Shown here one piece after another: positions 50,018 through 61,835 of a DNA stretch of 64,000 nt (within the stretch, counting starts at the first letter, position 1; each line of letters opens with the position of its first letter). A model generated the notes under the pieces. It was not told where the DNA came from. It saw only the letters and a list, made by a program, of their open reading frames with translations, and made no database searches. The position numbers were made by a program, and so were the translations under genes. The DNA is from Rhodospirillales bacterium (GTDB taxonomy: Bacteria > Pseudomonadota > Alphaproteobacteria > Rhodospirillales > Casp-alpha2), in NCBI GenBank assembly GCA_028825025.1, contig JAPKAX010000001.1, positions 2,426 to 66,425 on the forward strand, written 5' to 3'.

Positions 50018-50099
50018 ATGAACATAACATTGTAATGATATTAATTAATGTAACGGCATCGAAAAAGCAAAAGAACGGAGGGTATGAAGCTCAGCCTTA

Positions 50100-50915
50100 T
50101 TACAAAGTCAAAGCCTTGGCCGGATGGGCTGGATCATCTGCACACCCATTGATAGATTGATCCATATTTACAAGCGACCCAGTCATCATCCCTGATTCTG
50201 GACCCGCTAAAAAAGCAATGGTTCTGGCGACTTCTGTTGGCTCTAACAAGCGCCCAAACGGTTGAGCTTCTGCAGCCACAGCAAGCCAATCATCCGGAGC
50301 GTCATGAACCTTTTTTTGGATTGCGTGTTCGCCAGGCGTATTCATCCAACCAATATTCAAGCCGTTCACCCGAATGCGATTGCGCAACAAGGAATGAGCG
50401 GTGTTTTTGGTAAACACTTCCATCGCCCCTTTGGACGCTGAATAGGCAGATAAAAACGATTGTCCGCCCAAACCTGACATCGACAACACATTAACGATAG
50501 AGCCTTGAATGTCATCGCGGATCATCAATTTAACAGCATCCTGAGTCAGAAAATAAGGAGCACGGACATTGATCGCAAACATCCGATTAAACAGCTCGGA
50601 GCTGGTATCAATCAACGTTCCCCGATCTGTAATTGCGGCGCAATTGATCAAATGGTCCAGCCAACCAAACGTTTTATCCGCCGCATCAATAACCGCCCGG
50701 CAGGCATCCACTTCACTTAAATTAGCTTCTACATAAACGGTTCGGCAGCCGTATTTCGTCAGCTCATCAGCAACCCGCTTACCGTTGGCTTTGTTACGCC
50801 CACAAATAACCAAGCCGCCGGCTCCGCGCTCAGCAAACAAACGGGCTGTGGCTTCACCTAAACCTTGTGTGCCACCAGTAATAACAGCAATTTTTCCATC
50901 AAAGGGCCTATCCAT
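50100..50915 (-). CDS. SDR family oxidoreductase
   Basis: 271 aa. TGGTQGLGEA cofactor motif, NCAA, and the catalytic YSASKGA. Confidence 0.85.
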   Translation of the reverse strand: MDRPFDGKIAVITGGTQGLGEATARLFAERGAGGLVICGRNKANGKRVADELTKYGCRTVYVEANLSEVDACRAVIDAADKTFGWLDHLINCAAITDRGTLIDTSSELFNRMFAINVRAPYFLTQDAVKLMIRDDIQGSIVNVLSMSGLGGQSFLSAYSASKGAMEVFTKNTAHSLLRNRIRVNGLNIGWMNTPGEHAIQKKVHDAPDDWLAVAAEAQPFGRLLEPTEVARTIAFLAGPESGMMTGSLVNMDQSINGCADDPAHPAKALTL

Positions 50916-50919
50916 AATT

Positions 50920-52736
50920 TTACCTTTTATACGCCAATACGTTGCATTTTGCGGCCCGGCATATGATCAGCCTGGGCAGAGCGGACTTTTCGCGTTCGCT
51001 CACTTTTGGAACAACAACGTCCCACCAGGCGTCGCCACTTGACCATACATAGGCATTGGTGGTGACGCAAATAAGAGTTGTCCTATCCGTCGTTTTAGCC
51101 GATTTCAGAGCAGCTTCTAAGTCAACAATGCTTTCAACGTTACGGGTTAATGCACCCATAGAAGCGGCGTGTGCGGCAAAATTGACCTTGACCAAATCCT
51201 TAATACGAAAATCTTCCAATTGGTTATTAATTGACTTTACATCTTTAAATTTTTGCAAGCGATTGATCACGCTAAAGCTGCCATTATCGCATACAACAAG
51301 AATAATGTTATGACCCGTCAGTACGGTTGAATAAATATCAAAATTCATCATCAAATACGATTCGTCCTCGCACAGGGCAATCACATCGTGCGATGGGTCT
51401 GCCAATTCACAACACTCCATAATCATAATCATAAGGTTCCCGGTGATTTAATTCACCAGTTTTTATTGAATTCACCCGGCAAACCACCCCCCGCCGTTAG
51501 GACCAAATCATCATCAGCCGCAACCGAATTCTCAACGCTTAACATTTGCGCATACGACATCGGGTTGGCATTGGTTGGCTCTATGGCTTCATCAACGATT
51601 TGGTTCGATGTGACATAAAGCTCTGGCGCGCGTGCCATGTGGATTTCATCGACCCGCCAGTCGCCCAAATTGGCCTCGATTTCACTAAAAAATTCACTGG
51701 CATCACCAATCACCCGCACCGCCCGATGTTTGACCTTATCGAAGCGCACCGCGTTGATCAATAAAAACTGAGCATCTTCAGCAAAAACCGTCCACAAGCC
51801 GGTTGTGAAATCTTACAAACGCGTAACGACCTAAATCAGCAAAAGCGTTAGCAGAAGATGAGCCAACAACACCGACGGGGCCTATGATATTGGGGTAACA
51901 GTGTGTCATGCAGCTCCACCCGGCAATGTTTTCACTAATTGGAATGCCTCGACTTTTGGTAAAATTCATTAACACCTTTTCAGCGCCGGAATAACGCACG
52001 CCGCCGCCTGAAATAATCAATGGTTTTTTAGCACTTTTAAGCAGCTAAACCGCATCGGAAACCGACGCCAAATCAGAACGTTGGCGGGGTATGCGGTGCA
52101 AGGTGGGCTTAAAAAACGCTTAGGGGTAATCAAATGCGCTTTCTTGGATGTCTTGGCACAAGCCAATAAACGCCGGGCTACAATCGGCCGAGCCAACATC
52201 ACAGCAACGGCTTGGAGCAAAGACGATATAATTTGTTCCGGCCCCAATAGCGGGTGACGGCTTTAAAACCATCGTTGACGCTTATTGTTGGGCTATTACA
52301 ATGCTTTGTTTGTTGCAAAACCAGTTCTGTGTCGGCTTGCAAACGAATCGTCAGCAATCAACAACAACGGCAAGCGGTTAGCATGAGCAAAACCCGCAGC
52401 CTTGGTCATGTTTGTAGCACCGGGGCCGATGGAGCTGATAGCGATCATAATTTGGCGGCGCAATTTAGCCTTTCCATAAGCAACGGCGGGCAACGCCATG
52501 GAGTGTTAATTTTGCCCACACCATGTGGGCAATTGGTCCTGCACCCGTTCCAACGCTTCAGCTAAACAGGTCACGTTTCCATGGCCAAAATTGCCAAAAG
52601 CACCCCCAAACAACGGAACTCTTTGTCCATCGATTTCAGTGAATTGGTTACATAAATAGCGGACCAACGCCTGCGCCATTGTTAATCGAACAATGCTAAT
52701 ATATCTTCCCCAAAGTCGTGATGGATCAGCCGTCAA
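50920..52736 (-). pseudogene. iolD: IolD (3D-(3,5/4)-trihydroxycyclohexane-1,2-dione acylhydrolase, ThDP enzyme), heavily fragmented
   Basis: Six collinear ORF pieces (52506-52736 VRLTMAQALVRYLCNQFTEIDGQRVPLFGGAFGNFGHGNV; 52296-52499; 52017-52247; 51778-52020; 51453-51797; 50920-51432 ..DESYLMMNFDIYSTVLTGHNIILVVCDNGSFSVINRLQ..WWDVVVPKVS). They follow the IolD order but lie in different frames. Confidence 0.8.
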
Positions 52737-52793
52737 CTGGATGTATTATAGATATCGTAGCGAATTACTATTTTTGTTTAAAGGGAGTTTAAT

Positions 52794-53789
52794 ATGATCA
52801 AAATGGCGCTTTTTGGCTGTGGTCGCATTGGCCGCTTACATGCCCAAAATATTGCTCAAAACCAAGGCGCTGAACTGATGCAGGTTTATGACGTGCAACA
52901 GCTATCCACTGATCAATTGGCCACCCTTCATAACTGCGAAGCCGCTCTGTCTGTTGCGGCAATATTAGCTAATTCCGACATTGATGCGGTTTTAATTGGC
53001 ACATCAACGGATACCCACGCGGATTTAATAGAAAAATCAGCCAAAGCGGGCAAAGCGATTTTTTGTGAGAAGCCTATTGATTTAAGCCTCGATCGGGTCA
53101 AGCAATGCGAGGCAACAATTACGCCGTATAACGTACCATTTCAAATTGGTTTTAATCGGCGGTTCGACTCCAGCAATAAGTCTGTAAAAAATGCCTTGGT
53201 GACAGGTCAGATTAGTGATTTACAACAAGTTATTATCACATTGCGCGACCCCGAAATGCCCCCCCAAAGCTATATGGAAACATCGGGCGGCATGTTTCGC
53301 GACATGACCATCCACGATTTTGATTTAGCGTGGTTTATGTTGGTGGAAGAACCAACCGAGATTTTTACATCCGCAAGCGCGCTCGTGAACCCCGAAGCGT
53401 GTGCCGCTGTTGGTGACATAGATTCCGCCATGATCCAAATGAAAACCGCATCCAGTAAATTATGTCAAATCAACAATTCCCGCCAAGCCGTCTATGGATA
53501 CGACCAATGGGTTGAGCTTTTTGGTAGTAACGGTATGTTGATTTATGACAACCAACGCCCCCATGACTTAAAATCTTTCAACGCCACTCAAACCGGAAAA
53601 CCTAAACCGTATCAGTCCTTTTCCTTAGAGCGTTACGCAGAAGCTTTTGTTACCGAATTGAACGCTTTTATTGATTGTGTATCTAATAACAAACCAACGG
53701 AAGTTGGATTTGAGGATGGGGCCAAAGCCTTGGCCTTGGCAGAAGCTGCTTATCAACCCTTAGAAACTAGAAAATCCGTTCACCTATAA
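52794..53789 (+). CDS. iolG: Inositol 2-dehydrogenase (Gfo/Idh/MocA family)
   Basis: 331 aa. Contains MALFGCGRIGRLHA and CEKPIDLSL. The length and context next to iolD support IolG/IdhA. The exact substrate is inferred. Confidence 0.7.
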   Translation: MIKMALFGCGRIGRLHAQNIAQNQGAELMQVYDVQQLSTDQLATLHNCEAALSVAAILANSDIDAVLIGTSTDTHADLIEKSAKAGKAIFCEKPIDLSLDRVKQCEATITPYNVPFQIGFNRRFDSSNKSVKNALVTGQISDLQQVIITLRDPEMPPQSYMETSGGMFRDMTIHDFDLAWFMLVEEPTEIFTSASALVNPEACAAVGDIDSAMIQMKTASSKLCQINNSRQAVYGYDQWVELFGSNGMLIYDNQRPHDLKSFNATQTGKPKPYQSFSLERYAEAFVTELNAFIDCVSNNKPTEVGFEDGAKALALAEAAYQPLETRKSVHL

Positions 53790-53806
53790 ATGCCCGAGGA
53801 CACCCT

Positions 53807-54766
53807 ATGTCTTACACCCCCTTCGAAGATTACCCGGTCAATTTAACCGCCGTCGATATCAGCCCCTACAAAGCGGGTAACACCGGAGTTGACTATATCA
53901 CCACGTTTGATAGTGGCGAGCCGGGTTTGCATGTTATGATATCAGCGATTCTTCATGGCAACGAAATTTCAGGCGCGATCACGCTCGATCATTTGTTAAA
54001 AAAGGACGTCCGCCCCCTGGCCGGGAAATTGAGTTTCGCCTTCGCCAACCCTGAAGCTTATTTGGCCTTTGATCCCAACAACCCTTGGGCAAGCAGGTAC
54101 ATTGACGAAGACATGAACCGCGTTTGGTCGGAAGACGCATTAGGTAGTGGGCGCACGTCGCTTGAACTTGAACGCGCCCGCCAAATGCGCCCAATCATTG
54201 ATCAAGTCGACATGCTTTTAGACCTGCATTCGATGGAACACCCGATCCCTGCAATTATGATGGCGGGCAGGCACGCTAAAGGCCAGCAATTGGTCAAAGA
54301 TATGGCAACACCTGAATTTGTTATATTGGACCGGGGCCACTCTGCTGGCAAACGTTTGCGCGATTATGGTGAATTTGATGACCCCATGAGCGGCCGAATT
54401 GCGCTTTTGTTTGAAGCCGGACAGCATTGGGAAGAAGACAGTAAAATTATTTCCATCGATATGGCGTTGCGGTTCTTAAAGCTGTTTGGGACCATCGACT
54501 TGGATACCTTGATGGATGATCATTTGGAATTACCCGAAGATCAAAACTTGATTGAAATGACCCACCCCATCACCATCGCCACAGACAGCTTCCGTTGGGC
54601 GGATAATTTTACGGGGCTTGAGTGTTTTCAAGATGCAGGGTCGCTTATTGGTTGGGATGGGGATAAAGAAATATGCACCCCGTATGACGATTGCATCCTG
54701 ATCATGCCGAATTCGAGTTTACACAAAGGCGGAACGGCTGTGCGCTTAGGCAAGCAGATTAATTAA
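53807..54766 (+). CDS. Succinylglutamate desuccinylase/aspartoacylase (AstE/AspA, M14-like) family protein
   Basis: 319 aa. Zinc motif ILHGNEISG and the DLHSM block. Confidence 0.75.
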   Translation: MSYTPFEDYPVNLTAVDISPYKAGNTGVDYITTFDSGEPGLHVMISAILHGNEISGAITLDHLLKKDVRPLAGKLSFAFANPEAYLAFDPNNPWASRYIDEDMNRVWSEDALGSGRTSLELERARQMRPIIDQVDMLLDLHSMEHPIPAIMMAGRHAKGQQLVKDMATPEFVILDRGHSAGKRLRDYGEFDDPMSGRIALLFEAGQHWEEDSKIISIDMALRFLKLFGTIDLDTLMDDHLELPEDQNLIEMTHPITIATDSFRWADNFTGLECFQDAGSLIGWDGDKEICTPYDDCILIMPNSSLHKGGTAVRLGKQIN

Positions 54767-54842
54767 AAGTCATTTGCTTATAACGCCGTATATGAGCATC
54801 TTTGTGTCAACAGAATTAAACCCAAACAGGTAGATATAAATC

Positions 54843-55766
54843 ATGAGCACAGACCCCGTTATTCTTCACCATTACCCGCAATCACCAGTCACTGAAAAAG
54901 TCCGGGTGGTGCTTGGAATGAAGGGGTTGAGCTGGAAATCCGTCGATATTCCAAGGCTCCCTCCAAAACCAAATTTAACGGCCCTGACCGGGGGCTATCG
55001 CTTAACGCCTGTGATGCAAATTGGGGCTGATATTTATTGTGATACAAAGTGCATTATCCGTGAATTGCAACGCCGGTTCCCATCCCCAACTTTGTTTCCG
55101 GGCGGAGCCGAAGGCATGGCGTGGGGCGTTGGTGAATGGACGGATGGACCGCTGTTTAAAGACGTTGTGACCGTTGGCTTGGTCGAAATGATACCCAATA
55201 TGCCGCCAGAATTTTTGGCAGATCGGGGCCCGCTTTATTTTGGTGATGGTTTTTCAGTTAAAGATGTCAAAGCTAATTATCATCATTGTTTAGCCAATAT
55301 TCGGGCTCAATTTTGTTGGATGAACGAACGCCTACAAGCCCGCGATTTCATGTTGGGCTTTGAGCCGGGCCTACCAGATGCATTAGCGTACTATTTGGTT
55401 TGGTTCTTGCGCGATCGAATGAACGACGATGGACACTTTTTATCGCAATTTGAAAACCTAATAAAATGGGAACAGCGCGTTAAAGCCATTGGCCACGGCA
55501 CGCCTGAAACCTTTAGCGATTTGGACGCACTAGAGATCGCTAAAAATGCAACACCTCAAAAACCCCAGCAAGCCGATTCCGATGATCCCTTGGGCTTAAG
55601 TATTGGCGATCAGATCAGCATAACACCAGCACACGGTGGCGTATCTGTTCAGGGCGCGCTAAACAGCATATCTGCCAATCACGCGACCCTATTGCGAACC
55701 GACGATTTGGCCGGCGATGTTTGTGTGCACTTCCCACGGGTTGGATACCGAATCACGACTGATTAG
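54843..55766 (+). CDS. Glutathione S-transferase family protein
   Basis: 307 aa. Thioredoxin-like N-domain (LHHYPQSPVTEKVR..LG..G..W..V......P...LT.GYR.TPVMQIG) plus an extended C-terminal domain. Confidence 0.7.
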   Translation: MSTDPVILHHYPQSPVTEKVRVVLGMKGLSWKSVDIPRLPPKPNLTALTGGYRLTPVMQIGADIYCDTKCIIRELQRRFPSPTLFPGGAEGMAWGVGEWTDGPLFKDVVTVGLVEMIPNMPPEFLADRGPLYFGDGFSVKDVKANYHHCLANIRAQFCWMNERLQARDFMLGFEPGLPDALAYYLVWFLRDRMNDDGHFLSQFENLIKWEQRVKAIGHGTPETFSDLDALEIAKNATPQKPQQADSDDPLGLSIGDQISITPAHGGVSVQGALNSISANHATLLRTDDLAGDVCVHFPRVGYRITTD

Positions 55767-55863
55767 AGGTTTATCATACATCAATGCGGCAATCCCCTAA
55801 GCCTGCTATACATAAACACTCATGCATAGTCGACGATCCATCATCTGATTGAAGGAGGGAAAT

Positions 55864-56309
55864 ATGTTTGCGAATCCATCATTGGTTACACGCATAGCCA
55901 TGGAAAAGGGCTTGGCTTCATTGGCGGCTTAAGTGACTTTATACTGCTGCCTTATTTGTGGCCCAAAGGTGATTTGATGACGCGCTGGGGAATTTTGCTT
56001 TGGTACACAACGTTTGGTGCCATTATTGACGTGTTTGGCGTCTTCACGTGACATCCGATATTGCTGCTCTCAATGCCGTGGTGGTTCCTAGTCGTTGTGT
56101 TGGGCGCGTGGCTCAATTTCGCCATTAGGTTTTTCACCCTTGATATCATGAGCGCCATGCTAACATCGACCTTTGGCCCAAATGGTTTTTTTCTATCGCC
56201 TCACTGGTTTGTTTTAGAAGGGGCGGCCTTTGGCCTTTTGATCGATTATGTAGCAACCAAGTTTGGTGGCGAAGGTAAACAAACCATGCATGATCAATCC
56301 GAAAGCTAA
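55864..56309 (+). pseudogene. Frameshifted small membrane-protein gene (unknown family)
   Basis: ATG at 55864 gives MFANPSLVTRIAMEKGL.. The next frame gives GFIGGLSDFILLPYLWPKGDLMTRWGILLWYTTFGAIIDVFGVFT*. The third piece is the 82-aa ORF 56061-56309 (MPWWFLVVVLGAWLNF..). The pieces are collinear hydrophobic segments in three frames. Confidence 0.3.
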
Positions 56310-56412
56310 ATCATTTCCACAGAGTCTTAGACCTTGCCGCTAAGGTTGCTTACAATAGTCTTATAGTTATAAGTGCCCATGAGTTTAAGGGCTGTGGTGT
56401 GGAGGCGTTTGA

Positions 56413-57477
56413 GTGTCGAAACTAAATATCGATAAACCGGGGCATTCAAACACCGATGCAAACGCATATGCGGCTATCGATTTAGGCACCAACAATTGCC
56501 GACTACTGATTGCCCAACCAACTCCCAATGGCTTCGATGTGGTTGATGGGTTCTCAAAAATTGTGCGTTTGGGCGAAGGCGTTGCCGCGACTAATCGATT
56601 AAACCCAAATGCCATGGGCCGCACCCTAAATGCGATCAGGTCGTGCGCTCAGAAAATTAACAACTGGAACATCAAACGCATTCGCTGCGTTGCCACAGAG
56701 GCTTGCCGTCGGGCCGAGAATGGTGAAGAATTTTTAAGCCGTGTCGCTCATGAAACCGGCCTATCGTTTGAAATTGTCACCCCTGATTTAGAAGCCCACT
56801 TAACCTTACACGGGTGCATTCCTTTGTTTGTTCCCGAAAAGCCAAAGATCCTGTTATTCGACATTGGTGGCGGCAGTACTGAAATTGTTTGGGCTGAAAT
56901 GACCAACCCCTACACTCCCCACATTCTGGGTGTCTTATCGTTTCCTATGGGTGTTGTGACTTTAGCCGAAACCTATGGGGTTGATTTATTAGAATCAGAA
57001 AAATTCAATCAAATTTGCGTTGATGTTGCTAAAATTTTAACTCCCTTCGACAGCCAACATCAAATATCTGATGCCATTGAAGCCGGGCATGTTCAAATGG
57101 TTGGGACATCAGGCACGGTGACAACGTTGGGGGCGTTAACGCTGGGATTGGAACGCTACGAACGCAATCGCGTTGATGGGTTCCAAATGTCATTTAAGAC
57201 CATACACCAGCAAATATCAAAGATTGTTAGCATGGATATGGATGCCCGGCGGGGCATCCCTTGCATTGGCCCAGAACGTGCCGGTCTAATGGTTATGGGC
57301 TGTGCATTGTTGAAAGCAATATGTACAAAATGGCCTGTTGGGGAGTTACGCGCAGCAGATCGGGGCATTCGGGAAGGATTACTGGTGGAAATGATAGAGA
57401 AAGACAGACATAATAATATCCCTTCGGAAAACCCAAGCTCCGCAAACCCGATAACCCCAACTTACATACGCAGATAA
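56413..57477 (+). CDS. ppx: Ppx/GppA family phosphatase (exopolyphosphatase-like)
   Basis: 354 aa. Contains AAIDLGTNNCRLLI, DIGGGSTE and GTSGTVTTL (ASKHA fold motifs). It is shorter than E. coli Ppx, which is usual for this lineage. Confidence 0.8.
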   Translation: MSKLNIDKPGHSNTDANAYAAIDLGTNNCRLLIAQPTPNGFDVVDGFSKIVRLGEGVAATNRLNPNAMGRTLNAIRSCAQKINNWNIKRIRCVATEACRRAENGEEFLSRVAHETGLSFEIVTPDLEAHLTLHGCIPLFVPEKPKILLFDIGGGSTEIVWAEMTNPYTPHILGVLSFPMGVVTLAETYGVDLLESEKFNQICVDVAKILTPFDSQHQISDAIEAGHVQMVGTSGTVTTLGALTLGLERYERNRVDGFQMSFKTIHQQISKIVSMDMDARRGIPCIGPERAGLMVMGCALLKAICTKWPVGELRAADRGIREGLLVEMIEKDRHNNIPSENPSSANPITPTYIRR

Positions 57478-57488
57478 CGAGAAAAATT

Positions 57489-58232
57489 ATGGATAAATCG
57501 ACACGCAAAGGCGCTACGACTGGTAAAGGTCGTGGCGCACAAGTTGCAAAACGCAACTTATCAACCCGCGTTAAATCTGCCAAGGGGCGCAAAATATCTT
57601 CTACTCTGTGGCTGCAACGCCAATTAAACGACCCGTATGTAGCGGAAGCACGCCGCTTGGGCTACAAATCCCGCGCTGCATTTAAAATTGCTGAACTCGA
57701 TGATCGGTTTGATTTTTTAAAACCTGGCAAACGAATTGTTGATTTGGGCGCAGCGCCCGGCGGTTGGACTCAAATTGCGGTCGAGCGGACCAATGCTTTG
57801 GGTGTGGGCAAACAGAAACAGGGTTTTGTTGTCGGCATGGATTTGCAGGAAATGGATACCATAGCGGGTGCCACCCTGATCACCCATGACTTTATGGAGA
57901 ACGATGCGCCTGACATCTTAAAAGAAATACTTAAAGGTCCAGCCGACGTTGTGTTGTCAGATATGGCGGCACCGGCAACGGGGCATACAGCAACAGACCA
58001 TATGCGGATTATTGGATTGTTAGAGGTTGCCCTTGATTTTGCCCAAGATGTGTTAGCTCCGGGGGGTGTATTCTTAGGAAAAGTCCTGCGCGGCGGCACT
58101 GAAAATGACATTTTGACATTGTTAAAACGTGATTTTCATATTGTGAAGCATGCAAAACCGCCTGCGAGCCGTGCTGATTCTGCTGAATCTTATGTCATTG
58201 CAACCGGTTTTCGGGGTCAAAGCTCAAAATAA
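57489..58232 (+). CDS. rlmE: 23S rRNA (uridine2552-2'-O)-methyltransferase RlmE/FtsJ
   Basis: 247 aa. Basic N-terminal extension, then WLQRQLNDPYV..A...GY.SRAA.K, DLGAAPGGW, and DMAAPATG. Confidence 0.9.
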   Translation: MDKSTRKGATTGKGRGAQVAKRNLSTRVKSAKGRKISSTLWLQRQLNDPYVAEARRLGYKSRAAFKIAELDDRFDFLKPGKRIVDLGAAPGGWTQIAVERTNALGVGKQKQGFVVGMDLQEMDTIAGATLITHDFMENDAPDILKEILKGPADVVLSDMAAPATGHTATDHMRIIGLLEVALDFAQDVLAPGGVFLGKVLRGGTENDILTLLKRDFHIVKHAKPPASRADSAESYVIATGFRGQSSK

Positions 58233-58292
58233 ACGATTTCATTTCGGAATTCTGTTGGTTCTCACTTGGCAAGGGCAAACCCATGTGTATGA

Positions 58293-59810
<1,518 letters not shown>

Positions 59811-59831
59811 GACTGAGCTTAAAGGTCACTC

Positions 59832-61151
59832 ATGACACCCGGTGCGCGCATCCAAGCGGTTATTGAAATACTAGAGCAAGTCTGGTCCGGCAATCAGGCC
59901 GCCGACCGGGTGGCTGATATGTATTTAAAAAAGCGTCGCTACGCGGGGTCATCTGACCGGCGGGGTATTCAAGGCACGTTATATGGAATTTTACGCCGCA
60001 GATCGCGTTTGGATTGGTGGTTTGAGCGTTCCGGCTCGTCCCTAACCGCAGGCCCCCGCTCTCGTCTGATTGCTAATTTGGCCTTATCGGATAAATCATC
60101 GCCCGATGAAATAGCCGCCTTGTTCAGTGGCCAAAACCATTGCCCTGATCCTTTGAGCGAGACGGAACACCAATTAGCCGATGCATTGCATGGCAGGCCA
60201 CTAAACCATTCCGACATGCCAAGCTCTGTTGCTTTGGAATACCCAGAATGGATGCACGCTTCTTTTTCTACCCTGTGGGGAGATAAATTGGAAACTGAAA
60301 TTTCAGCGCTTAATCAAACGGCACCGGTTGATGTCCGGGTGAACACCCTAAAGACAACAACAGAGGCGGTAAAAGCTGAACTCGAAAGCCAGTTTATTGA
60401 AACCAAATACACCCCCTTATCGCCCATCGGCTTGCGCTTAATTAGCAAAGCACGGCTGGGGGGAACCAAAGCATTTCGCGATGGCTTAGTTGAAGTTCAA
60501 GATGAAGGTTCACAAATTTTGGCGCTTTTATGTGATGCAAAACCGGGCATGTTGGTTATTGATTATTGCGCAGGGGCTGGTGGAAAAACGCTGGCTTTGG
60601 CTGCAAGCATGGGATCAAACCGGCGCATTGATGGGCAGCTTTTTGCCTTTGATATTTCGCAAAACCGAATCAATCGTATGGAGCCCCGTTTGAAACGCGC
60701 TGGTGCCACGGCTGTCCAACGCCACGCTTTAACGGGCCCAGATGATTCTTGGTTAAAAAAAGTAGACGGTTCTGCGGACCGGGTATTGGTTGATGCGCCC
60801 TGCACAGGGACCGGGGCTTGGCGGCGCGACCCCAACGCCAAATGGCATTTCACGCCAGAAAATTTAGCTGACATTTGCGCTCAACAGAAAACAATTATTT
60901 CTGATGCTGCCAAATTGGTAAAACCGGGCGGGCGTTTGATTTATGCCACGTGTTCTCTGTTACACGAAGAAAACGAACAACAACTTTTTGATTTTTTAAA
61001 AAATAATGATGATTTCAACTCGGTTCCAATTGATCAGGTGTGGTCTGAAACCATTGGCGGGGCACCACCAACCACCGGGTCCTGCTTGCGCTTAAGTCCG
61101 GCAAGCACGGGAACCGATGGGTTTTTCTGTACCGTATTAGAGCGCGCTTAA
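59832..61151 (+). CDS. rsmB: RsmB/NOP-family SAM-dependent RNA m5C methyltransferase
   Basis: 439 aa. Contains VQDEGSQ, DYCAGAGGKT, VLVDAPCTGTGAWRR (catalytic Cys), YATCSL and DGFF. Confidence 0.8.
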   Translation: MTPGARIQAVIEILEQVWSGNQAADRVADMYLKKRRYAGSSDRRGIQGTLYGILRRRSRLDWWFERSGSSLTAGPRSRLIANLALSDKSSPDEIAALFSGQNHCPDPLSETEHQLADALHGRPLNHSDMPSSVALEYPEWMHASFSTLWGDKLETEISALNQTAPVDVRVNTLKTTTEAVKAELESQFIETKYTPLSPIGLRLISKARLGGTKAFRDGLVEVQDEGSQILALLCDAKPGMLVIDYCAGAGGKTLALAASMGSNRRIDGQLFAFDISQNRINRMEPRLKRAGATAVQRHALTGPDDSWLKKVDGSADRVLVDAPCTGTGAWRRDPNAKWHFTPENLADICAQQKTIISDAAKLVKPGGRLIYATCSLLHEENEQQLFDFLKNNDDFNSVPIDQVWSETIGGAPPTTGSCLRLSPASTGTDGFFCTVLERA

Positions 61152-61156
61152 TCTCT

Positions 61157-61696
61157 TTAAGCGGCTTTTGTAGCAGCCTGTGATTTCAAATAACCCAACA
61201 TGGTATCCGCATCTGAAACGTCGAACGGATCGGTTGGGCAATTGTCTTCAAACCCATTTTCCACAAATTGCTTTGTGATCAGTCCATCTTCAACCAGCAT
61301 CGAATAACGCCAGCTGCGCATGCCGAATCCTAAGTTTGATTTTTCAACTAGCATTCCCATTTTTCGGGTGAAATCAGCATTTCCATCGGACAGCAAAAAG
61401 ACATTCTTAGCATTTTGGCTCAAGCCCCATTGATACATCACGAAGGCATCGTTGACCGACAAACAAATAACGGCGTCAACACCTTGGTCTTGAAATTGGC
61501 TATATAATTCTTCATAGCGCGGCAGATGGCTGGTAGAGCACGTTGGCGTGAACGCACCAGGAAGCGAAAATAAAACCACGCGTTTACCTTTGAAAAGCTC
61601 AAAACTATTAACGTCTTTCCACTCAAACGGATTGTCGCCTTCAATGGCATCATTCCGAACGCGGGTTTTAAATATGGTGTAAGGGACATGGTTCAT
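61157..61696 (-). CDS. Peroxiredoxin, Prx5 (PrxD) subfamily
   Basis: 179 aa. The PGAFTPTCS peroxidatic-Cys motif and VNDAFVM. Divergent from oxyR. Confidence 0.85.
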   Translation of the reverse strand: MNHVPYTIFKTRVRNDAIEGDNPFEWKDVNSFELFKGKRVVLFSLPGAFTPTCSTSHLPRYEELYSQFQDQGVDAVICLSVNDAFVMYQWGLSQNAKNVFLLSDGNADFTRKMGMLVEKSNLGFGMRSWRYSMLVEDGLITKQFVENGFEDNCPTDPFDVSDADTMLGYLKSQAATKAA

Positions 61697-61835
61697 TTTA
61701 ATTTCCTATGGTTTACAGTTATAAAAAGGGATGGGCGTTTGCGCCCTCGTCAAAAATAATATAGAGGTTTATAATTAATTGGTAAAATGAGTTAAACTAT
61801 ATATATTGAATGATTAAATCTGTTAATAGGAAATC

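Noticed and set aside
61697-61835. ATAG and CTAT elements in the prx/oxyR divergent spacer, considered as an OxyR box (ATAG-N7-CTAT-type tetranucleotide array).
   Set aside because: The spacer is very AT-rich, so such tetramers are expected by chance. I could not align four properly spaced elements. I left it uncalled.
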